Below, one piece after another: positions 53,228 to 64,000 of a stretch of 64,000 nt of DNA; the first letter of the stretch is position 1; every line of letters begins with the position of its first letter. Under the pieces are notes generated by a model. The model saw only the letters and a program-made list of their open reading frames with translations, was not told the origin of the DNA and searched no databases. Origin of the DNA: Chrysomallon squamiferum (lineage: Eukaryota; Animalia; Mollusca); the NCBI GenBank assembly GCA_012295275.1, contig CM022679.1, positions 19,964,001-20,028,000 of the forward strand, written 5' to 3'. The translations under genes and the position numbers were made by a program.

Positions 53228-53781
53228 CTGTAAACAAACAAACAAAAATCATTGTTAGGTTTTTAATTAAATTTAATAAATTAGCATGCTATAATATGTA
53301 AAACTTTAAAATTAGTGAATAAATATTCTTATTTGAATGTATTTACATACATAACTTAAAAGATATAATAAAACTATGAAAAGCCCTTCCTCCAAAATAT
53401 AAAACAACAACAGTGAACGGACATTTATTTAACAAATATAAATTTATTGATCAAATATTTTGTAGGGGTTTTATGGATATTAACACTATGAAAAAAGGGC
53501 TATCGATACTGATTATTTATATGTAACAGATTAGCAAACATTATGGGTTTTAATAATAAAAAAAATTAAAAATGATAAATAATAATAATAATAATAAAAA
53601 GCAAACAAACAATAAAATAGCCTTAAGGAGCTAAACTTATATTTCAGTTGTGATAAAAAAATATTTATGGTTCATCATAGCATTTAAATATTAGTGCTGT
53701 ATATTATTCCTATATGAACTGCTCTTTTTAAAAAAAATTCTGCATTTTTGCTTTTGACTATAATACTACAGTAAAGTACTA

Positions 53782-53840
<59 letters not shown>

Positions 53841-56800
53841 ACATGCACAACTTTTCTTCACATTAATTAACTAAATAAATAAATATCCAATTCAAATTAC
53901 TGAGTAAAATAGGATTAACAGAACTGAGGAAATGAGAAAATTGAAATATAGGCCTATATAATGAATTTTATTTTATATTTAGTATGCCTCTGGCAAACTT
54001 TTATCATTCAGTTGAACACATTAAGATGTAACAGTCCTTGAGATAGAATCTGAATAAATTAATATCACTCAACATCTAAATAAATTAATACAGCTCAAAT
54101 GAAAACAATCTACTGCCTATCTAAAATCTTCATTTGAAAATTAGGAGTTCATGTACTCCAAAGCATGTCCCAGTTCAGTATGTATATCTTTATTTTGAAA
54201 AAAAATGTATGCATTTTATATATACTTAAAATGTGTCAGTTTAGAATACAGATATATATATATATAATATATATTTTTTCTTTACATTTACTGTAATATT
54301 TACAGAATTTTTTTTATAATTTTCAAATATACTGTATGTGTCAGGTTGAGCCAGTCCAGTATATTTTATACGTGCTATTTATAACTGAATTTAACCAGAC
54401 TAGAGAACTTAAAATGTGACAGACCAGTTTATAAAAAAAAATTTCACACAGTTTAAAATTACATTTTCCCAGGGAACAATGCATTATTTGACTAGCTTAA
54501 TTTGCATGTTTAAACTGCAGGCTGAAACAATAAAAGGTCACTATAAAGACCCACAACAAAGCATCGTTGTGTCCGATCTGGTAAAGCAGACACGCCAGGC
54601 AATTTTAAAACCTTCTGCTGTAACCTGTAGTAAATATCTGACAACACATGCAGGGGCACAGAGACAGAGATGTTTAAAGCAATTATCACTGCCCACACCT
54701 TCTCAGACTCAGTTTCTGGCCAAGTAACAAATTACTTTTTCAATCATGCATTCCCTGGATCTGAATAGTTGAGGTCCTCAAAAACAAACATCAACAAGAC
54801 CTGATATCGAAATTAAAATAGCTCATTGATGAAATTTATTACTAGTGCTAATTCACAAAAACCATCATGTAAGGACATTTTTAGATCACACAAAAATAAA
54901 TAAATAAATGAAAAAATATATATATATTTTTAATTTAATATTTTATAGACTGAAAAAAAAAAAAAAAATTAATAAATTAGTGATAATTTTCCATAAACAA
55001 ATTATATGACACAGTATTTTTATTTACAGAACTGTTAAAAATTTAGCATTATTTTCATATTTAAAAAACTTTTTACAGCTTTTACTTAATATAAAAAAAA
55101 ATTGTATTGAATTCCTTACAAAAGAAATAGATGTTTTAATTATTAAAATGTAATATTCTTTCTCTTTTATATTAATTACTTTATTATGGTCACAAAAAAA
55201 CAAAAATATCAGTGTTTTCTTTAACATAACAATGTCTTCATTGTGATTCAAATTATAATCAAAAGTCAAAACTAAAAATATCTTAAATTAATCTTCAGTT
55301 TATTTGTAATTTCATCTTAAAAACTATATTTTAAAAATGGGTTAAAAATATATATTAACATTATATTTGTTTAGGAAACATCTGCAGTTTTTGTAACTAA
55401 AAAATGAAATTAAATAAATAAAATTAAAAATTAAACCATAAATGAAACAAAATGAAAATAAGAACAGCAGCAGGAGCAACAACAACAACAGCAATAAAAG
55501 ATTTAAGAGAAGTCCCGCTGAACTTGTAATATTATAAAATATTTAAAAATAATTATCAGCTTTTACTTTCATTTTTAAAAGTAAATGTTGATAACTTGTA
55601 AGTGTATTGATTTTTTTCTTTATGTAAATAGGAAATTCATTCAATAACAGAAACATTGGTTGATCTGTGGTTTAATAAAGCATTTTAAACATATTTAAAT
55701 ACAAGAGGTAGAACCCTAAGTGGAAAACTCTTTTACAAATAAATACAGTCACAGAGTGGTTTATGATTATCCTGTTTTTATTTCATGTGTTACTGCAATG
55801 CTAAAACATGTTATCCTTTTTTTCCTTAAATCTGCAGTTTAGCTGTCTGTTTCAGTTATCAAATTAAGATTTTTTTTAGAACTGTTATATTGTAGAATGT
55901 AGTAAATCAAAGTTGTCCAACAGAAATCTGTGTACTGTCTGCATTTAGGAATTAAAAACAATACAACTCTTACCACAAAACCAATTAATGTTTGAAAAGG
56001 TAAGAAAAAAAAGTCTGAAAAATTTACTTAACTTATTTGAAACAATAACATACAGCTTTCAAATTAAACTGGTGAGCAGAACAAAAACAAAAATAAATAA
56101 AATAAAAGATAAAAAAATAATAACTATATACATGTTACCATGCCATCAATCCTATATATATATATATATTACAAAGTATTTACATTATGATAAAAATTAA
56201 ACTTATATTCCCTCCTACTTATACCTGCCCCTACTCAAATGTGATTTGAAAGCCCTGATTAATTATTATAATTATTTTGTTATTTATTTATTTTATTTTT
56301 AATAAAATATCCATTAGTACAGGATATGAAGAAAAGTAAATTATGATTTATATATTTTATTATACAGCTCCTGTGATCTGGTTCAGGAACAATGAAGTTG
56401 CCTAATTTGCCCACTGTAATTTTACAACAATACACAATAATTTTACCAAAAAAAAAAAAAAAAAAAAATTAACACATAACATGTTTTGTCTATTTAATTT
56501 TTAATTAATTTATTATTATTTATTTAAAAAGAAACTTTTGTTTTTGAGATCAGTGGAAAAACATTTGTATGTTTTGTTTATGACAACTGATTGCAAAGAA
56601 ACAAAATAGAAAACAAAACAAAGCCAACATTTGTGGGTGGGAGAAATAATAAACAGAAGAAAGCTAATTAAAATACTAATTTGATTCTGTATTAATTTCC
56701 TGTAAAAATACTGGTGTCCTATTACTGCTAACCAGAAATGTCATGAACATAAAACCAATAATTAATTTTTCTCATTAGCAGTGAGAAAATGTAAATCAAT

Positions 56801-59800
56801 CCAAAGTTAAAACAAAAACAATTGTTTTATTTTTTTACTTAAAAGCAACAACCAAACTAACTTTGTGACTGTTTACACAAATTATATAAAAAAATATATT
56901 AAAATCTGTTCATGTAATAACAACATTTTTTTTTTTTTTTTTTTCTTAAATTAACTTATTAACTATTATTTTTATAAACAATATCATATATGTAGTGGTA
57001 CAGCATGAAGCTTTTTCAATTAGCTAGTAATATTCTCACATGTAAGTACAACAACAATCCTGTGGCTTTTGAGCTGTAACTCAGTTGTAACTTTACTATC
57101 AAATCGTCATTTTATTTCAGACGGCAAAGACGGATGACATTTACACAGTTTTAAAAACACTTTATGAACATCTAGCAACAAGGATTTCACTGCATCTTCT
57201 GTGTTCAGTCTAGCATGATGTGGAATGGAGACAATTCACCCTACTGTGAATAACATTTAATGGTGCATGTATCAGAATAAGTACATGCCAGACAGTAAAG
57301 GAGCATCTTTAAGTGAATCTAGCATAAAGAAGTATCGTTTTTATCATCATTATTATTTGCTTCAAATGCAACCTGAGTTGCAATAAATATCAAAGCAACT
57401 GTTTTTGACCTGATGACCTTCACCTGTCAGATGACCTTGCCTCATGACAGCAGTAACAAAGGAATTGTCAGATATACACAATGGTGAATTTATGACATAC
57501 TGTTTCTTTCAAATCTATTAAAATATGAATATTTCATTTTCTTGAATTAAATTAATAATGACAAAATTATAAAAATAAGACAACAGGAAAAAAAAAAGAA
57601 GAGAACATTCAATGTTTCATTATTATTATTTTTTTATTTATTTAATTGAAAAAAAAAAAAAAAAAAGAATTTGGTATGTAGATCTTACATGGAAAAAAAA
57701 AAATCTAATAAATATTATCAGAATACTGTAGTTTAATATTCTGAAGATTTTATATCTTTTCACATGATCATATCAACACTATTTCTTTTCATATAATTGT
57801 ATCAAATGATTTGACTGATAAGATATCCCCTTGAGGCTCAATTTTACTTTTGTCAAAAATGGTATGTAAAGAAACATCATTTTATGATTTTATGAACTGA
57901 ACTGAAAGATCTCTTTTATTAGAGATTTGATTTCTTTTTTCCCACCTCTTTTTTCTTTTTTTTTTTTTTTTTTTAAATCTTGTAATAGCAGCAGCAATAG
58001 TAGAAGAAGATGGGTTAATAATAAAAGTAATATAATGAGGTTAATGATAGGGACAAATCAGTTAAAAATAACTACCAGGAAATGTGACAGTTGACCTAAG
58101 TTTCCTGGTGTTGATTACAAGTGTGACTTTAAAAGACACTGTTGGATTAGCTAACTAGTTAATTCTTTATACGGTTTATGTATTAATTAACAAAATTTAT
58201 TTTTCAAATGATCATCTTGTAGTGATGTGCGTATTTTAGACTAAAAATTCAGTCACTGTTTTATCTTAATGACCAGTATGTGCTGATAATAAAACATGAC
58301 AATAACAAGCTTGTGAGAAAAATAATAAATGTGAAAATGTCCAACTCCATGCATGCTCAATAGATTTGGTGTTTTTAATTGTTGTATTTTATTATATCAT
58401 TAACAAAATAAAGCAATAAATATACAAAACAAAATTTTCACAAGAACTTAAAATAAAATATAAATAATAAAAATAAATTTAAAAAAACAAGAAAAAAAAT
58501 CAAGAAAACTTCTTCCATAAACAAATCCTAAATAACCATTAATATGCAGTTGAGAAAGCCTGTATAAATCAAACTAAATAGATTTTCAAAAATACATTTA
58601 ATATATATTTCTTTTTAATCTACAAGAATTTTAATAAATAGTATGTCACATTTTATTTAGTATTTGAATGTGCACAGCTGGTTGTTTGGTGTGAGACAGA
58701 TTAACATACAAGTTCACTATTGATATAAAGACAGACACACACTGAAAAATGTATTGTGCAGTTATTTAAAAAACAAGAGACAAAACATACAGACACAGCC
58801 ACACTCAAAATTAAATAAAATAAATAATCATTAAGTTTTCAATACATGTTAAAACATGAACATTCAACTGAAGTACAATGAAGATATACTGTAATAAAAT
58901 GAGCTCTATTCAAGTAACATGGACATAAACTAGTTGGAACACATTCCTACACAGGTAAACATGGACTCTCCAGATAGCTTCACTTACAGAGCAGAGAGAA
59001 TGTAACTGTCCTTATTTGCCTGGGAAACTATATTTTCAGTGGGCAGGTCATACCAGATGATGATAGAGTTAGCTAAACTCCTGCTTGAGGCAAATAACTT
59101 CACTCAGGTGACCACTATTCATCTCTTACATACATTCACTTGTGAACAAATTTAAAAGTAAAGAAAATAAATTTTCTGAATTAATAAGAATAACAATAAC
59201 TATAATTAGCCAAATTTAAACAAGAACAACAACAAAAAGTCCATAAATTCATCTGTTAATAGAAGTTGTAAATTAAGAACAAAAAAAAAAAAAAAAAAAA
59301 ATATAATAATAAAATAGTGAATACAGATATAAAGGAGAAAAAAAACACCTAAGAAATAAAGGAAAACATTTTTTATATATCAGTAGATCAGATTTTATTT
59401 TATAAACTAAATGTGTCAGCAGATGTTTGTTAATTTATCTATTTATTATCTGACATGAAATCCATGACATCTTCCCTATTATTTTATATCAATATTGAAT
59501 TTAATTACATGTATTTTGAAATGTTTCTGTGTTATGTATGTATGTATGTATCTGTGTGTATGTATGCACGTCAGCACATATATGCTGTTTTAGAATGGAT
59601 GTTATTATGTGGATTTGGGTGTGTCAGTGAATAAACGAATAAATATTTATTATCATACAAACAAGTATTTTATAAAATGCCACCCCAGAAAACAAAATAA
59701 CATCCTAATCTTGTCAAGGGTAAAAGGTAATGCATAATAACTTAGTTTCTTCAGTTCATTATATATTAATAATGAAAGGAAGATGGTTGAGGGTATTTAT

Positions 59801-59862
59801 TGATTTTTTTTTTTTTTTTTTTTTTTTTTTACTAAATATTACTCTTTTTCTACATTTATCAC

Positions 59863-59897
<35 letters not shown>

Positions 59898-60429
59898 AGA
59901 GAAAACAACAACAATGGGGGATACACATTTTAAAAATTGGTATTTCTTGTTTTTTTTCTCTTTTTTTTTTAATTCTGAACTAAAATAAAATAAAATAAAA
60001 TTTAATAAAGACAAACTATCCTGCATCTTTTATGACAGACATGTGGATGCATTTGATATCAGATTTATGTGCAAGTATTAGATAACCTATTTTTTCCCTT
60101 TTTTAAAAACTTAATGATAATTTACCATGGTAACAATCTCATTGGCCATATGTGTTAAGAATTTGATTAACAGCTGAGGATGTAGCCATGTTGTTTTACA
60201 TTTAAATTTAAGTTCAGCTACACTTCTATTAAGTATAAGATATAATGCATAATTAATTAAACATAAATAATATAAATAACAAAACCTAATGAATGGAAAA
60301 TCTAATAGTTTTTACATTAAAAAAGAATGTATCTGACTTTAACAGTAAAACTATACACATGCACACAAAGACAAAGACACAAGCACTCAAATATTTAAAT
60401 CGAAATTTACGCTTGTTTTACTTATTAAA

Positions 60430-61130
60430 AAGAATTAAAAAGAAATTTCTTCCAATACAAAGGAAATACAGACATGATACATTTTACAGTAATAATACTT
60501 TCAAAGCTAAAGCAAGACATGTGCTCTTGCAAGAAAGAAAAAGAGGTTCACACAAAATAACATTTAACCTAACCACAGCTTAGCAACTGCCATTCATTCA
60601 GCTGAATATAAATACATTTGTTCTACCTGAAATACTGTAACAGTTTGTAGATCACTACAAACATGCTATGACCTGTATCTATTATAGCCTAGTATTTAAC
60701 ACAAAAAACACAGGGACAAAAGCTAGAATTATACTGATTTGTATTATTTAGACCGACATCTTCTCTTATAAAGTTATAGTATTGTGTAAGAGAATTAAAA
60801 CGAATTTCTTCAAACACAAAGGAATGACAGACACATTATACATTTTACAGTAATAATGAAATACAAATCTAAAATCAAAAGCAAGACAAATCTGCTGTTA
60901 CAAGAAAGAAAAAAAGGTTCACACAAAATAATTCTTAAACCAGCCACAGAACTTAGCAACTGCCATTCACTACTGTATTCAGATGAATACAAATATATTT
61001 TTCTACCTGAAATACTTTGTAACAGTTTGTAGATCATTACTTACTACAAACATGTATTACCTGTATCTATTATAATACAAAACTGACAAATACAAAAGAC
61101 AGTTATATTGATTTGTATGACTCTTCTCCT
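60430..61130. repeat. Imperfect tandem duplication, 2 x ~350 bp
   Basis: AGAATTAAAA...ACATTTTACAGTAATAAT...GGTTCACACAAAATAA...TTAGCAACTGCCATTCA...CTACCTGAAATAC...ACAGTTTGTAGATCA occurs at ~60430 and ~60790. Confidence 0.85.
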
Positions 61131-62197
61131 TTTTGAGACATTATACTCAACTTCAAAAAATAAAAACATTATTGGCACAAATTGTAAACCAATAAATTAA
61201 TTTGTGCCTTGATGTATAAACATATACCCTCTTACTGATTTGATTAATTAAAATGTTCGACTATAAAAACGCATCTGTAGGCTGAAAACATTTTGTAAAA
61301 TTGAAAGAGATCTTTGTTAATAATAGAATAAAGCCTGTAGGATGCATGAAAACACATTTATTACATTTTATACACAGAAAAGTAAAAAAGAAAAAATATG
61401 ATAGAATAAAGATTATTTCAAGAATAAAAAAATATAAAATCAAAGATTATATAATGAAAAACAAACCAACATTCTTCTTAAACAAGAAAAAATAGCATTT
61501 TCAAGAAACCCCCAATAATAGTCATTATAATATGCCCTGCTGTGAAAAAAGAGGATGAACTCCTACCCTTACCGTCTGAATTAAAATAAAAAATGGGTTC
61601 AAAGCTGTACACTTTAAATATTTTTTATACATCTACAATGTCATTACTATGTATTTAAGGATTAATTAAAATGCTCCAACAGAAACCACATGAAGAGAAT
61701 AAATTTAGAACAAAAACGATCTTTAAAATTTAATATGTTTTTGTTGTTGCCTGTATTAAATACAGAATTAACATGTTCAGGTGATGTCATTTACAAATAT
61801 ATCAATAATTTATTTTTAATTTTCTTCATACAAAGAAAATTCTTTTCAGCAGCTTTGAATAAATATTAAAAGAAACAACTACAAAGAGTAATCAAACTGA
61901 CATGTTAGGATTATTAAAAAAAATTATTAAAAATTTAAAGCTGTCATGTCACTGACTTAAGGCTAATGATGTGTAGCTTCTTAATGTGCAAAACTAATGA
62001 AGTAAAACGTGAAATATTTACTACAGTTAAATACTAACAGTCTGGCAACTTGAAGTGATTATGTAACATCTGAAATCCATAATCTTAAAACAAAACTTTG
62101 AGAACAAATACCTTTCTGAATGACCAAAATGACCTAAATGTCCTCAAAACAAAAACAAAAATAACCATAAATACCAAATGAACACAAAAATACTTAC

Positions 62198-63665
62198 ATT
62201 TCTTGAGTTCTCTAGGTGGCACCATGGCAGTTTTTGGCAGTGACATGTCCACGCTTAAAGGGAATGATGGCGAATGGTGATGGGTGTACAAAGGAGAATG
62301 ATGGTAGTATGATGGGCAGTAATAATAGGGTGAGTACGATGATGCCATCGAGTACCACGAAGATGAGTTTGCATAGCTTTCTTTATGAAATGTGGATGCA
62401 TCATGATAGTAAAAGACACTCAAAGAAATGTCTGTTCCAGTCAGATTAATGTAGACACTGTCTGGAAAAGACTGGTCATTTCCACTCTTGTTTTTTCTCT
62501 GTGATATGTCAATATCCCACAACTGACGATGTGGTTTGGCATATCTATTCCTTGAATTGTTGGTTTCAATTTCTATTTCTTCATCACTACCACAGTCAAT
62601 TTCTGTCAGAGTCTTATCTGAATCTGTCAGTCCCATGGCACCAGTGACTTCAGATGTTGTACTGACACTGTCAGTGTCATCATCGGAATCACCATATGAA
62701 GCTGATGTTTCAGTAGGCACTCCATTGTGTGAATGACTTGTGGATTTCTTCTCAGTGATGATACTATAGTCCTGGAATGGGTAATACTGGTATGAATACC
62801 ATGCAGCGTTAATGCATTCAGGGCACTCTGATGGGGGACAGTCATAGCGAATGAAGGGAATACCTGTTGTATAATCAGCCAGTTTGCTGAGTTCTTCGGC
62901 AGTGAGTTCAAATGGTGGAGAATCATCTGCTGGTATTCCATCAGAATCAGACACGGACAAGCTCTCAGAGCTTGATGTCACAGATGACTTGTCACTTTCA
63001 GTATCATCAGGTTGTTTTACACTGTTATACAAGTCATTACAAATGAGATCAACATTGTCACACTCAACAATACTGCGTCGTTTAGCACCATCAATCTCGA
63101 CTGATCGAGTTGCATTATTGAGCATTTTGGTTCCTAACTGACAATTGTAGCCAGCAAGGTTGTATTCTAAATGTCTCGAATCTTTCAAATGAGCTTTTTC
63201 AATTACAGATATCAAAGCATTTAGATTCTTTTGGTCTTTTTTCTTTGATTTGTTTTGGCGACGTCTGATGTCATGGTATCCACGACAAGACTCTCTGTGA
63301 TACTGTGTATATTTTGGCAGAGGTGCCACCTGTTCATCATGAGATACCTCACTGTCAGCAGATCGGACTGAAGTCTCGGAATCATCTTCCAGACTTCTTT
63401 GACGGTTCTGTAAGGCAGCTTTAAGAGTATCTTTCAGATGAATAACAATAGGAGAATTTGTCTTTACTTGCTTGTGTTTTCCTTTTTGGTTCTGTCGTCG
63501 ATGACTTTGACCTTTCGTCCTTTCCTTCTGACAGTTAACACACGAACTGCTACCCAAACCTTCAAGACGTTTAGCAAATTTTTCTTCACTGACTACTTCA
63601 AGATTTGCACTAGCACTCACAGTCTCCCTCTTGACTGGAGCTTTTCCATCGCTCAGTTTTCCCAT
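62198..63665 (-). CDS. CNOT6: Large alternative first coding exon of CNOT6 (489 codons + 1 nt, mostly low-complexity/disordered)
   Basis: ATG at 63665 has an in-frame TGA two codons upstream, and the long ORF has coding-like GC content. A strong donor AAT|GTAAGT at 62198/62197 is phase 1, matching the phase-1 acceptor at 53227 (...PPRELKK-F-NASQPPQRQW...). The ORF tail beyond the donor (CKYFCVHLVFMVIFVF...) looks like intron read-through. Confidence 0.75.
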
Positions 63666-64000
63666 ATTTCAGTGAATTAAAGTTGTAATTATTAAATCAC
63701 AAGCATTGGACTTTAATCTGAACACCATGGAATCTCAAAACAAACTGGTGTTGTGAATGAGATACAAAGAGCAAGCCATTTTTACCTGAGCCAATTAAAG
63801 GTTTTCTTTCCTGGGGCAGTAACAAAGAGCATGAACTGTTAAATGACCCCAAAGCTTGATTGATTTTTCTGGATAAGCAAACAAAAACATCAGAGCATGG
63901 CTAAAACAAAATGGATACTTGCACAGATTGCTATCTATCCACAAACAAAAACAACTCAGTTATAAGAAGATTTGTATCCAGCAGTCAAGTTGAGTCTTAC

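Noticed and set aside
54416-54727. 103-aa (+) and 62-aa (-) ORFs in a GC-richer intronic island
   Set aside because: No LRR or other recognisable motif and no convincing splice pair. It may be regulatory, but that cannot be supported from sequence alone.
62085-62197. Hydrophobic C-terminal tail of the 526-aa ORF as a transmembrane anchor
   Set aside because: It lies after a strong GTAAGT donor in T-rich intron-like sequence, so it is most likely read-through. The overlapping small ORFs within 62216-63680 are shadow frames.

Overview
AT-rich, intron-containing eukaryotic (animal) genomic DNA; a lophotrochozoan such as a mollusc is my guess from composition and protein look, not a determination. 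Most short ORFs in the supplied track are low-complexity noise, so I assembled gene models by hand from GT-AG exons and checked their phases. Four genes are supported. (1) Tepsin, the AP-4 accessory ENTH/VHS protein: minus strand, 12 exons, 4095-10211, 434 aa. (2) A TMEM72/Flower-like multi-pass membrane protein head-to-head with tepsin: plus strand, 6 exons, 11432-16839, 186 aa. (3) An 88-aa, very basic protein with two AT-hooks, absent from the ORF track and built mostly from 13-39 nt micro-exons: plus strand, 24666-28944. Its AT-hook exons appear to have arisen by exon+intron module duplication. It has a probable alternative last exon running into a hairpin-bearing minisatellite, and it lies between two ~1.4-1.5 kb direct repeats that each carry a decayed integrase fragment. 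(4) The nuclease half of CCR4/CNOT6: minus strand, 7 exons, 41491-53227. A 1468-nt coding exon at 62198-63665 has its own start codon and splices in frame onto these exons, predicting an 880-aa CCR4 isoform with no LRR. The window also holds a Tigger/pogo-type MITE, a probable MULE remnant, and many local tandem duplications and microsatellites. The best candidates for something new are the repeat-flanked AT-hook micro-exon gene and the LRR-less CCR4 isoform.
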